IMG/VR virus record: IMGVR_UViG_2778261180_000005
Source: a virus
Taxonomy: Duplodnaviria; Heunggongvirae; Uroviricota; Caudoviricetes
Reading direction: 5' to 3' (one strand)
DNA length: 36,121 bases
Shown here: piece by piece, positions 26,540 to 35,105 of the stretch
Layout: each line of letters begins with the position of its first letter
How positions within the stretch are numbered: the first letter of the stretch is position 1
The notes under the pieces: generated by a model
The model's database searches: none
What the model was told of the DNA's origin: nothing
What the model saw: the letters and a program-made list of their open reading frames with translations, nothing else
Program-made: the position numbers and the translations under genes

Positions 26540-28444
26540 TTAGAACGATGTTACCCAACTACGGCCTCTATTTGGACGTCTGGCGATGTTTTTACGTTGT
26601 GGTCGTGTGATTGGCTTAGTTTCTTCGATTTTCTCGTCAGATTGCGATTTAGGAGCTTTTACGGGTTCTTCGACAACACGGTTTAAGCTGTCTTTCATTG
26701 CAATGAGTTTATCCCATGACATTTTTGAAAGGACGTAGCGAGAAGCCGCTGTAGCATACACGGCGCAGTCGAGCGCCTCGTTCCTAACGCCTGGGTTCTT
26801 TACCCATCTCACGCCAGTAGTAGTACGCTTGACAGATTCACTTAAAAGCTGATCGAGATAATCATCAGGAACGGTGTCTGATATTTCTAAGCCAATATGA
26901 GGATTATCTTTCAGGTTCCTAGCCAACATTTCACGAAATGCAGTTTTACCCACATTAACACCCAACATAAGCAATTCATGACCACCTGTGCGGGTAGGTT
27001 TAACCGGAATGATCGGAGCGTTACCAGCAGAACTACCTTTGATAGCGTGTAAGTTCTTCCACTTGCCGCAAATACGGTATCCAGCTTGAGTGAATCGACC
27101 GTTCGATGTATCAAGGAAGCTGGCGAGCATAGGAACACGATCACCCGATACAGTAGTAAATTTGGTTTTATGGAAGTTGATTAATCTATCCCATACAGGG
27201 GATTCATATCGTTCACAGTTATGATCGTAAAAGCTGCGATGATCCAGAATATAAATCTTATCCTTTGCCACGCCCATGATTGTAGTTTCTGCGCGATCTA
27301 ATTGCTGGTCGGTACCCGCACACAAGAAAATCACGTCATCAGGGATATTCTCGATAGAAACATCTGTTTTTAGTTGTTCCAGTTCATTTGCTTCTACTGC
27401 CGTGTCCTGATCGTCGTATACCTTGCCTAACACGGTGTTATAAAATGATTGTAAATCAAAGGATTGCCACGCATGGCTAAAATCAACCACACAAGCGCGG
27501 ATCGTGCTGAAAGGTGAATACAGACGGCTGATCCAGAATCCTGCTACCTCACTTTCACGGGTTGCTCTCCACTCGCCTTGTGCTACTGCCCTGATTCGTT
27601 CCCCTTCGGTCCATGCGTTCTTACAGTGGGGGCAAATATAACGAGCGGTATCAGGATCGGGTAAGTTCTTACCATCGATGTTACGCCATTCAAATTGAAC
27701 GTTTTCCCACTCGATCACCTGGTGTTCCCCGCAATGAGGACACGGAACAAAAAACATACGCATATCACTTGATAACCATTGCTGGTTAATGCTTCCGAGC
27801 TTACTGGTCGGGGTACTGGATACGACTAATCGGCCTTCATCGCCAAAGGTAGTTAAACGGTTAGCAGCCAGTGCCACCGGATCACCTTCTTCTGAGGCTG
27901 TAGCAGCATCGATTTCGTCAAGCAATCCAACCTTTGCGGTCTTACCGCGTAGGGTTGATGGACTAGTAAGCGATACCATATAAAGGAAGTGGTTTGATTT
28001 GAGCTGGAGCTGATTGTTGTTATTAACAGAATTGCGATCATTCTTGTCTGTAACCACGTCTTTTAATGCATCACATGCTTCGATAGACGGTCGGATCTTA
28101 CCCGCGAGATATTGAGACATTTCTTTAGCGGTTGATTGTCCGATAATCATATTGCATGGATCGTTAGCCATCTGGTTAAACAGGATACCGTTTAGGATGG
28201 TAGTTTTTCCGATCTGCGCACTGGTCATCAGTACATACTTTTTCTTATTCTCAAGGAAAGGAGCATCAATCATGCCTTTCTGGAATGACAGCAATTTAAC
28301 TTTATCCCCCGCTTGAGGACCATCTACCAGCACCATATTCGCTTCGCACCATTCAGAAGGAAGGAGTTTAGGCGGTGGCGTAATATATTTGGCTGCATTT
28401 TTGAGAATCTTTTTTAATTTGGCCTTATTAGAAATCAGTTTCAT
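26540..28444 (-). CDS. terminase large subunit, lambda gpA family (634 aa)
   Basis: Walker A (SAQIGKTT); gpA-like motifs [30 protein letters not shown]; GAGGGT SD. Confidence 0.9.
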   Translation of the reverse strand: MKLISNKAKLKKILKNAAKYITPPPKLLPSEWCEANMVLVDGPQAGDKVKLLSFQKGMIDAPFLENKKKYVLMTSAQIGKTTILNGILFNQMANDPCNMIIGQSTAKEMSQYLAGKIRPSIEACDALKDVVTDKNDRNSVNNNNQLQLKSNHFLYMVSLTSPSTLRGKTAKVGLLDEIDAATASEEGDPVALAANRLTTFGDEGRLVVSSTPTSKLGSINQQWLSSDMRMFFVPCPHCGEHQVIEWENVQFEWRNIDGKNLPDPDTARYICPHCKNAWTEGERIRAVAQGEWRATRESEVAGFWISRLYSPFSTIRACVVDFSHAWQSFDLQSFYNTVLGKVYDDQDTAVEANELEQLKTDVSIENIPDDVIFLCAGTDQQLDRAETTIMGVAKDKIYILDHRSFYDHNCERYESPVWDRLINFHKTKFTTVSGDRVPMLASFLDTSNGRFTQAGYRICGKWKNLHAIKGSSAGNAPIIPVKPTRTGGHELLMLGVNVGKTAFREMLARNLKDNPHIGLEISDTVPDDYLDQLLSESVKRTTTGVRWVKNPGVRNEALDCAVYATAASRYVLSKMSWDKLIAMKDSLNRVVEEPVKAPKSQSDEKIEETKPITRPQRKNIARRPNRGRSWVTSF

Positions 28445-28487
28445 GTAATTACCCTCATTACGAAATATGAAGGTATTTATTAAATTG

Positions 28488-28515
28488 TTGATATTTTGAT
28501 AAATACGGGTATTAA
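28488..28515 (+). promoter_or_regulatory. candidate sigma70 promoter for the rightward accessory genes
   Basis: TTGATA, 16-nt spacer, TATTAA. Confidence 0.35.
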
Positions 28516-28529
28516 TTAAAGGGGGGTGT

Positions 28530-29132
28530 ATGCTAATTAATCAGCAACAAAGAGATGAATTAGAATTAGCCTTGTCTTGTACCGATCATGAATATCGTTT
28601 ACCAGTTAAGCATAAGCATTTAAAAACCGACTACACAACATCTGGCTTTAGTCGTGAGGAAGCGAAAGAGATTTTAATAGAGTTTTACCGCGATAATGGT
28701 TATACAGACGTTCACAACTTCTTTAAGAAGCATAGAACATCACATACAGAGTTTCGGAGAGTCCGAGATTGGTTTGATTTTGATATCAAGCGTTATTATC
28801 GAGTGGATGACGGTCCTATCTATCGGTTGCAGTGGACACCGATCAGGGAAGTGTTGAAACAGAAGAGATTGAATCACGCAATTACACGCTATCGTAACGA
28901 GGCTTTCAAGAAAGGCTATGGTGATACAAGGGAACTATTCGTTGAACTCGCTAACGTGCGTTATAGCCACTATTACAACGATCCTAAAGGGTTCTTTGAA
29001 GTGCTTCGCAAGGTTGATATAAGTCGGGGTACATACTATTCACGGTTGAAGAAGTACGGGATTAAGGCAGAGTTCTTTATGAGTATTGACGATGGAGAAC
29101 TTTTTCCGATAAAATGTAAGTCCTCTAAATAA
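28530..29132 (+). CDS. hypothetical protein with C-terminal HTH (200 aa)
   Basis: AAAGGGGGG SD; C-terminal [17 protein letters not shown] is homologous to the HTH of the 77-aa and 60-aa proteins. Confidence 0.6.
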   Translation: MLINQQQRDELELALSCTDHEYRLPVKHKHLKTDYTTSGFSREEAKEILIEFYRDNGYTDVHNFFKKHRTSHTEFRRVRDWFDFDIKRYYRVDDGPIYRLQWTPIREVLKQKRLNHAITRYRNEAFKKGYGDTRELFVELANVRYSHYYNDPKGFFEVLRKVDISRGTYYSRLKKYGIKAEFFMSIDDGELFPIKCKSSK

Positions 29133-29160
29133 AGGTGAACATTCACTTTAATTTGGAGAA

Positions 29161-29394
29161 ATGACTATGACTACTAAAGCTACTCGCGGTCGTCCTTGCC
29201 GTTTTAACGCTGAACAGATGGCTGATATTGCCTACGCTTACTATACAGCGGATCGTGGTAAGGAAGCGAAAGAACAGATTCTTAGTGAACATGGGATCTC
29301 AATCGCCCAATTCTATAAGAATATGAAGAAGTTAGACATTAAATTCTATGTTCAGATCGGTGATGGTCAGATCGTAGAAGCAACAGGTTTTTGA
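29161..29394 (+). CDS. small HTH protein (77 aa), terminase-small-subunit N-domain-like
   Basis: RGRPCRFNAEQ...GISIAQFYKNMKKLDIK; the ATG at 29167 has better SD spacing than 29161. Confidence 0.6.
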   Translation: MTMTTKATRGRPCRFNAEQMADIAYAYYTADRGKEAKEQILSEHGISIAQFYKNMKKLDIKFYVQIGDGQIVEATGF

Positions 29395-29409
29395 GTTTTG
29401 ATTCTCTTT

Positions 29410-29433
29410 GCCACTCTTCGGAGTGGCTTTTTT
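29410..29433 (+). terminator. intrinsic terminator
   Basis: GCCACTC ttcg GAGTGGC followed by TTTTTT. Confidence 0.85.
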
Positions 29434-29566
29434 GTATGTAAAACAATCTCGCCAGTTTTGGTGAGATCTATAGATGCCCTCAAAACTGAGGGGATGTGCT
29501 TAAAGTTCAGCATATCTATCTAAGTGGTTGATTCTTTCTAGAAATCCAAATCTGGATGCATCAGAT

Positions 29567-29598
29567 ACAAAAAAGCCCAGCGCAATTATGCGCCGGGC
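29567..29598 (-). terminator. intrinsic terminator after the Rha-like gene
   Basis: GCCCAGCGCA atta TGCGCCGGGC stem followed by a U-run on the minus strand. Confidence 0.8.
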
Positions 29599-29604
29599 GA
29601 TTAA

Positions 29605-30435
29605 TCAGATCCCAAAATCAACAAGGGAAATTACGTTACCTGATTCACGAATCTGTTTAGCAGCTTTGTTTTGAATCAGAATAGTGTTGTTCGGCTTAGG
29701 AAGATTCAGAGTTGCTTTTTGTTCTTCTTCCAGAATACCCAATTCAACCAACACAGGAAGAACATCAACCGTAAACTCAAGTTGGTAGTGAGCATTCATG
29801 CGGCAGAAAGACAGAGAAGAGTCATTAGCAACATACCCACACGGCTTGTTATTTTCATCGTAGACGCGCTCAATGTAGCCAGCAGTACGCAAGGCCGTTA
29901 GTGCTTCTTTAACCTTCGTAGCGCCCTTTTTAGCGCCTAACAGACGGGTCATTGAATGGCTATCTACTGATTTGCGAACATGAAGTTCAATCAGCTTTTT
30001 ATTTTCGCGAGTTTTCTTTAATGCCAGTTCGATCCAGTCTGTTTCTTCAAAGTCTGCATATGGATTAACGGCTAAACGTTCCTGACGCAGTTTTTCATTT
30101 TCTTCTTTCAGTCGCTTCCATTCCTGAATAACAACCATTCGACGCTTAACATCGTAACCAGTGACAAGAGTCAGCGTCATTTCTTCGTCTAAGTGATATA
30201 CTGGTTCTTTAACAGCATATCCTAAGTTATTGATTCTCTCGACAAATTCAGTTTTGAGCTGATCGATAATACCTAAAGATTCGTACATTTCGCGAATATC
30301 GCGCATTACATTGCTGTGCTTCTTATCGGTAAATTCAGCGATCTGACGAGAAGACATGGTCAGCGGTTTGGTGTTATCAACAACCAGAGACATTGAAGCA
30401 GTTTTAACAGTATTCATAGTAGTAACAGTATTCAT
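29605..30435 (-). CDS. Rha-family phage regulatory protein (antirepressor-like), 276 aa
   Basis: N-terminal LTMSSRQIAEFTDKKHSNVMRDIRE; start uncertain because of a tandem ATGAATACTGTTA duplication at the 5' end. Confidence 0.7.
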   Translation of the reverse strand: MNTVTTMNTVKTASMSLVVDNTKPLTMSSRQIAEFTDKKHSNVMRDIREMYESLGIIDQLKTEFVERINNLGYAVKEPVYHLDEEMTLTLVTGYDVKRRMVVIQEWKRLKEENEKLRQERLAVNPYADFEETDWIELALKKTRENKKLIELHVRKSVDSHSMTRLLGAKKGATKVKEALTALRTAGYIERVYDENNKPCGYVANDSSLSFCRMNAHYQLEFTVDVLPVLVELGILEEEQKATLNLPKPNNTILIQNKAAKQIRESGNVISLVDFGI

Positions 30436-30538
30436 AGTAAAAATTCCCCTTAAACGGTTTAGTGATTGATTCTCCTGTTTTTAACTGTCCACACGCCAAC
30501 GGCGCGCGGAACAATTTTATTTATAAGAAGTTTTTATC

Positions 30539-30685
30539 TCATTTAGATTCAGCAATCGCGCGATCAATTTCTTCTTGAATGCGACGCTGGCGTTCATGGA
30601 AGTCAACCATTGAGAAATTCAGGTTTGGGGTCCACGGTTTGCGGTTCGGGTTTTTACGTCCATCAATTTTCTTAGTAGTGTTCAT
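30539..30685 (-). CDS. small basic protein (48 aa), candidate
   Basis: Not in the ORF track (under 60 aa); AAGAGGA SD 7 nt upstream; consensus promoter directly upstream. Confidence 0.5.
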   Translation of the reverse strand: MNTTKKIDGRKNPNRKPWTPNLNFSMVDFHERQRRIQEEIDRAIAESK

Positions 30686-30743
30686 AATTAACATCCTCTT
30701 TACAAATCTAGGTCAAATAGGTTCAAAGTTGTCAAGTGCGATA

Positions 30744-30772
30744 ATCATAAAAAAGTCATAAAATTTTGTCAA
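30744..30772 (-). promoter_or_regulatory. sigma70 promoter (minus strand)
   Basis: TTGACA, 17-nt spacer, TATGAT when read on the minus strand. Confidence 0.6.
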
Positions 30773-30807
30773 TACCCCTTGACAAGACGCCAAAGGGTTG
30801 ACCTAAC

Positions 30808-31260
30808 TTACAGCATATCTAAGCCTTCATCGTAACCGTAGAAGCCATTCTGAGAAGAGAAGCAGATTGGTGCGTAGTCGTCGTCATCTTCGTCTTGTTC
30901 ATCGTGTTCTGGGGCTTCCTGAGCGGGTTGTTTACCATAATCAGCCATAATCTGGTCAAGATCGGCGATCCCATAGTAAGAGCCTAAATCAACGTCATAT
31001 TCACGAACATCAAACGGCAGGTCATCACGAACAATAATTGCCGGAATGTTGTTGTATTGTTCACGACCTTCATCAGTAAAGCAGTCTACGATCACCGTAG
31101 GGCGACCATTACGTTTAAGAGCATAGAAAGCAGTTGAGAAATTGGAGTCTTCGGAATGACGAATGATGTTATAACCACGATTAGCGAAAACATGCATCAT
31201 AGCCAGATTATCATCATGGTTCAGACCCAGAAGAATGAAAGGAGTTTTAGTATTGATCAT
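30808..31260 (-). CDS. hypothetical protein with acidic C-terminal tail (150 aa)
   Basis: AGAGGA SD; a 6-bp inverted repeat operator-like site sits upstream. Confidence 0.6.
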   Translation of the reverse strand: MINTKTPFILLGLNHDDNLAMMHVFANRGYNIIRHSEDSNFSTAFYALKRNGRPTVIVDCFTDEGREQYNNIPAIIVRDDLPFDVREYDVDLGSYYGIADLDQIMADYGKQPAQEAPEHDEQDEDDDDYAPICFSSQNGFYGYDEGLDML

Positions 31261-31281
31261 AGTGGAAATCCTCTAAAAGAA

Positions 31282-31303
31282 AGTGAATCAAAGTAAGTTC
31301 ACT
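31282..31303. promoter_or_regulatory. palindromic operator-like site
   Basis: AGTGAA-N10-TTCACT between the putative promoter and RBS of the 150-aa gene. Confidence 0.4.
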
Positions 31304-31464
31304 ATTATTTATAACGAGAAATTTTTGTCTAATTTGAAAGGAATTGGTATTCAGTCGGCTTCGCCTCCTTCATAGATTTTGATTAAATCATCATCAAAAC
31401 GAAGAAGTATCTTTAGAATATAAGAATCTTTCTTTTGGAGAAATAATAATCCGGAAGCAATTTA

Positions 31465-31493
31465 GCAACCGAAGGTTGCAATCCCGAAGGGAT
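31465..31493. other. two adjacent short hairpins with GAAG loops
   Basis: GCAACC gaag GTTGC and ATCCC gaa GGGAT. Confidence 0.4.
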
Positions 31494-31522
31494 ACCAATA
31501 CCTTTCATGATCATTAAAGTGA

Positions 31523-31750
31523 TCTAGAATCATCTAGTAACCAGTTAACTACTATTATCTTCAAAGTGATTATTACTATCTTTCTAGAATCAGTTAGTAA
31601 CTAGTTTAAAATCCCTTTCAAGAAAATCCTTTCAGAAGTGATTCTCGATGCCACGCAGTGGCGTCGCAGACGTTTGAGAGTGAGCGAAGCGAGCGAGCAA
31701 ACTAGTTAATTCCTTCTAAGACCATCTAGTATCATCTAGTTTAAATTAGT
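31523..31750. repeat. CTAG-rich direct repeats (about 27 bp, 3 copies)
   Basis: TCTAGAATCATCTAGTAACCAGTTAAC at 31523, TCTAGAATCAGTTAGTAACTAGTTTAA at 31583, related copy at 31723; TCTAGAA also occurs at 29537. Confidence 0.6.
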
Positions 31751-31943
31751 GTTACTAGAAGTAATTGGTTAGCGCTTCGCGCAGTCGGGCTACGCCCTCC
31801 TAATATCTTTTTGGTTATTTGTTGTTTTTGGTTTTACACATGAGCGTAGCGAATGTGTTATATAATATCTATGCACGCCCGATCCCCCGCTTTTGCCCCT
31901 CACTAAGTTAATGTTTTATAAAGAGTTTTTCTCACCAATCCTT

Positions 31944-32131
31944 TTCGGGGGCAAATTTCAGGGGCAAAAATTAGATTTTCAGGGGCAATTATTGGCATTT
32001 CAGGGGCAAAAATGAGGGGCAAAATCACTGTTTCCCAGAATTTCAGGGGCAAAAATAGTGGGTTTCAGGGGCAAAAATGGGATAGTGAAATCTAGGGGAT
32101 TTTGGTTCAGGGGCAAAATTCAGGGGCAAAT
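31944..32131. repeat. iteron array, about 10 copies of TTCAGGGGCAAAA
   Basis: Copies begin at about 31944, 31957, 31978, 31999, 32013, 32041, 32063, 32092 (variant), 32106 and 32119; spacing is mostly 13-22 bp. Confidence 0.85.
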
Positions 32132-32135
32132 TTCA

Positions 32136-32185
32136 TAGTGTAGGGCTAGTGTAGGTTTGAAAATCCTTTGTTGACACTGTGTAGG
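32136..32185. promoter_or_regulatory. TAGTGTAGG direct repeats (2 copies plus a TGTGTAGG inside the promoter spacer)
   Basis: Copies at 32136..32144 and 32147..32155; related copy at 32178..32185. Confidence 0.5.
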
Positions 32186-32199
32186 ATCGGTGGTATACT
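32171..32199 (+). promoter_or_regulatory. near-consensus sigma70 promoter
   Basis: TTGACA (32171-32176), 17-nt spacer, TATACT (32194-32199). Confidence 0.75.
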
Positions 32200-32591
32200 T
32201 GAAAATTCGAGATAAATATGTTATAATATTTGTATTGAAAGTGAAAATTTACCGATTTTCCTTCCTATTGTTATCACTGTGTTAAATTGTTATATGTCTG
32301 TGAAGATTTGGATCTGAGAGAAAATCTTGTAACAAATCTTTACAATTCATAGCTCAATTAATGCTCACCGCTTTAGCAAAAAGTGCTATGCCTTTTTCTA
32401 AATTGATTGAATAAACATCAATTTGGTTAATTCGTGTTCTTCTCTTTAGCAATTCGTGCTGCGGTTTAACACATTTAACACGCCTGATAACATCCAAATA
32501 ACATTTTAACATATCTCTGTTCTAAATACATATATAAGAGATAAATGTGAGGGGTTGAAAAATTAAAAACAATCCCCATATAAATAATAGT

Positions 32592-32612
32592 GAGCGGTTA
32601 ACGCTCTTTTTT
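32592..32612 (+). terminator. intrinsic terminator/attenuator ending a ~400-nt untranslated transcript
   Basis: GAGCG gttaa CGCTC followed by TTTTTT. Confidence 0.55.
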
Positions 32613-32647
32613 AAGAAATCATTAATCCAGATTTAGGAGGATTCAAG

Positions 32648-32830
32648 ATGGCACGACCTGTTAAGTTCACTCGTGAAATCGTTTTAGAAATGGCAAAGCG
32701 TTATTTTGAACTGACGCCTGATGTAGTGATTGGTGAATGGTTTAAAGGTGAAGGTATTGATCAATCAACCTTCCACAAACTCTTAAAGAAGTATGACATT
32801 AAAGTAAAGATAACCGCAGAGGTTTACTGA
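32648..32830 (+). CDS. small HTH protein (60 aa), paralog of the 77-aa protein
   Basis: Strong SD TAGGAGGA at 7 nt; MARPVKFTRE...GIDQSTFHKLLKKYDIK. Confidence 0.7.
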   Translation: MARPVKFTREIVLEMAKRYFELTPDVVIGEWFKGEGIDQSTFHKLLKKYDIKVKITAEVY

Positions 32831-32871
32831 TACTTTGACTGAGAATTATATGATGGCTTTAAAAATAAAAA

Positions 32872-32900
32872 AGCCCCCTTGCGGCAACAAGGAGGCTTTT
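32872..32900. terminator. intrinsic terminator (leaky/bidirectional)
   Basis: AGCCCCCTTG cggcaa CAAGGAGGCT followed by TTTT; an A-run lies upstream. Confidence 0.65.
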
Positions 32901-32942
32901 GCGATGAACAATTAAAACTAACTTTCCACAGGAGTATTTATA

Positions 32943-33884
32943 ATGTTATTTTCCGCTAACTTTTTCACTAACGAAGTAACCAACGCTAAAGCAGTTATCA
33001 AATTTGGCACCGAAGCAAACAAGAAGATTCAGCCGAAAGTTGTTGCTCATGTTTCCTTTGCGCAGCAGAAATCCGCTTTCGCTGGCTTTAAAGCACATCG
33101 TGAAGCACTGATCGCGGCTGGCTTTGGTGTTGACGGTAAACTGCCTAACGGCATTCGTAAAGCAATCGACCGCGTTAAACCTGCTAAAGACGTTGCAGTA
33201 GACCACATCGTTACTTTTACCGTTAAGAACTCTTCTGAACTGTTCCACCTGGTTATTGCTGGTGATACTGCTATCGTTTCCGCTCCTAACATGGATTTTC
33301 AGGATACCGCTGATTGCCAGATCACCTTCGGTCGTCGTAAAGAAGTTACCGGAAAAGCTAAACTGAACTTCACTAAATCCGGCAATCCTTACTTTGCTGT
33401 TTTCTTTAACAGCCACGCTACCGAAAAAGAAGTTGTAGAACTGGTTGCTTATGAAGGTGAAGAGAAAGAACGTATTGAATCTTGCGAAGCATTTCTGGAA
33501 CTGGAAGCACAGGTGAATGCTGTTTCTCCGGTTGTTGAAGATCGCTTTGCTGCACTGGAAGCACAGATCGCAGAACTGAAAGCTGCACTGGAAGAAAAAG
33601 ACCAGATTATCGAAGCACAGAAAGCTGAGATTGAAGAACTGAAAGCTAAAGAAGTTGCTCCGGTAGCAGTAGTTGAAAACGCGGCTGATGAGGCCGCAAA
33701 TGATGAAGTAGAAGTGAAAATCGATGTGATGCGTGATCCGATGGCTGCACTGCAATTACTTCGTTCTTTTAAGGGCAAATCTCATTTTTCTAGTGATGTA
33801 GAAGATGAGGAAGAAGAACAGAAACGCAATGCTGCAATGCTTCATGATGAAATGTACGGTACTAACTTTTCTTACTGCCAATAA
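32943..33884 (+). CDS. hypothetical coiled-coil protein with strongly host-optimised codon usage (313 aa)
   Basis: SD AGGAG; codons dominated by CTG, CGT, GGT, GAA, AAA and CCG, unlike the rest of the element; central coiled coil and acidic C-terminus. Confidence 0.8.
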   Translation: MLFSANFFTNEVTNAKAVIKFGTEANKKIQPKVVAHVSFAQQKSAFAGFKAHREALIAAGFGVDGKLPNGIRKAIDRVKPAKDVAVDHIVTFTVKNSSELFHLVIAGDTAIVSAPNMDFQDTADCQITFGRRKEVTGKAKLNFTKSGNPYFAVFFNSHATEKEVVELVAYEGEEKERIESCEAFLELEAQVNAVSPVVEDRFAALEAQIAELKAALEEKDQIIEAQKAEIEELKAKEVAPVAVVENAADEAANDEVEVKIDVMRDPMAALQLLRSFKGKSHFSSDVEDEEEEQKRNAAMLHDEMYGTNFSYCQ

Positions 33885-33906
33885 AAAAGGGACTCCGAAG
33901 AGTCCC
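33883..33906. terminator. intrinsic terminator (mainly for minus-strand transcripts; hairpin abuts the stop of the 313-aa gene)
   Basis: A6 then GGGACTC cgaa GAGTCCC. Confidence 0.7.
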
Positions 33907-33983
33907 TAGTAAGTTTAGGTTAGGTTTTGCACAACAAAGATGAGGTTATAATGAACATAATGCTACATTATTCTTTAAAGCCA

Positions 33984-34010
33984 GAAAAATAACCGCCCCC
34001 TTCGGGGCGG
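33984..34010 (-). terminator. intrinsic terminator (minus strand)
   Basis: CCGCCCC cttc GGGGCGG preceded on the plus strand by AAAAATAA, which is a U-run on the minus strand. Confidence 0.7.
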
Positions 34011-34168
34011 GAGGATTAATACTCAATCTATACTTGTTATGTTTTTATGTTGTATAGTCACTGACTATGAAAACACTGTACTGAATGTGTTTTATGGCTT
34101 TTAATCGGGAACTCTCTTTCGAAAATTCCCTGTTAAAACCACATAAGGAGAAAAGGCAGATTACAATA

Positions 34169-34453
34169 TTATTTAGTCTGTTTGAAAACAAACGTTAAAA
34201 ATTCGATTAAGCAATATACCCAAAGTACGGTCAGCATCAAATGCATAGCAATAGTTGGATGGAAGTTAAAAAGTGTCATACTAACTAGGCCAACAATATA
34301 AGAAATCCCTTCGACAATTAACGCAAGGCTAGCAAATGCAACAAACGCACCTAAGAATAATTCGCCTCGTTCTTTCGGTTCGGTTCCGAGTTTATAAGCA
34401 GAGATAGCAGCCAGAATAGTAATGATGACAGCATAGGTAATAAAAGTAGCCAT
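34169..34453 (-). CDS. small integral membrane protein (94 aa, about 3 TM segments)
   Basis: AAGAGGA SD; hydrophobic segments ITYAVIITILAAISAY, LGAFVAFASLALIVEGISYIVGLV and LMLTVLWVYCLIEFLTFVF. Confidence 0.65.
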   Translation of the reverse strand: MATFITYAVIITILAAISAYKLGTEPKERGELFLGAFVAFASLALIVEGISYIVGLVSMTLFNFHPTIAMHLMLTVLWVYCLIEFLTFVFKQTK

Positions 34454-34547
34454 AGTTTTATATCCTCTTAAAAGTTAAGCGGGGGATGTTCTCCCCCGTA
34501 GACGTTGACCCGTTCAACATCTTTCTCACTATTATTTATAACGCGTT

Positions 34548-35105
34548 TTAAGACACATCAAATTCATCGTCTTCTTCTGGTTCTTGTTCTTCCGGTTCAT
34601 CCATTAATGGTAATTCTTCTTCCTCGTCTTCTCCCAAATCTGCATTTTCGAACAAGTCCCCTACTTCATTTAAACGACGCTCGATAATCTCCCTTAGCTT
34701 ATTCTTTAATGTTTTCTGGTCAGTGGCAGATTCGAGAATTTCTAAAGCGTCGATTGTGGCGATCTGCAAAATAGTCTGCTTCACTTTCCCGCAGTATTCC
34801 GCTAGCTCCTGCTCCACATAACCGACGGGAATCAGGAGATTCATTTTTTCCTGGTTCTCTCGTTCGATGGCGTCCGCTAATGCTCTTTCTCTGCGGAGAC
34901 GTTCTTGATCAATCGCTTCTTTGATTGAAGTTTGTTTAAGTGGGTTAATTACGTTCTTTAGCACCCAATCGCAACCTTCCTTTGCTGGTACACGACGCGT
35001 GTGGGTGTTCATCGGTAGTCCCCTTTCTAACCATCGCTTACCGCCACCATTCAATGTATAGCCATATAAACGGGAAATTTCTGTAAGGGTTAATTCTTCT
35101 TTCAT
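34548..35105 (-). CDS. Nu1-like winged-HTH protein; candidate terminase small subunit (or other DNA-binding factor), 185 aa
   Basis: GGAGGA SD; N-terminal LTLTEISRLYGYT...WLERGLP resembles the Nu1/MerR-type wHTH; coiled coil; acidic C-terminal tail. Confidence 0.5.
   Translation of the reverse strand: MKEELTLTEISRLYGYTLNGGGKRWLERGLPMNTHTRRVPAKEGCDWVLKNVINPLKQTSIKEAIDQERLRRERALADAIERENQEKMNLLIPVGYVEQELAEYCGKVKQTILQIATIDALEILESATDQKTLKNKLREIIERRLNEVGDLFENADLGEDEEEELPLMDEPEEQEPEEDDEFDVS

Noticed and set aside
30408-30435. Tandem 12-13 bp duplication (ATGAATACTGTTA x2) at the Rha-like gene start
   Set aside because: Probably a simple slippage duplication giving MNTVTTMNTVKT; only consequence is start-codon ambiguity.
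31944-32131. Possible CRISPR array
   Set aside because: Repeat unit is only about 13 bp with 8-16 bp intervening sequence, far shorter than CRISPR repeats and spacers, and no cas genes; better explained as iterons or operators.
32946-33755. 269-aa minus-strand ORF
   Set aside because: Fully antisense to the codon-optimised 313-aa gene; Phe/Cys/Ser-rich low-complexity product.
34169-34453. 94-aa three-TM protein as the holin
   Set aside because: Topology fits, but the gene is about 29 kb from the endolysin and sits in the accessory island; kept as a membrane protein of unknown role.
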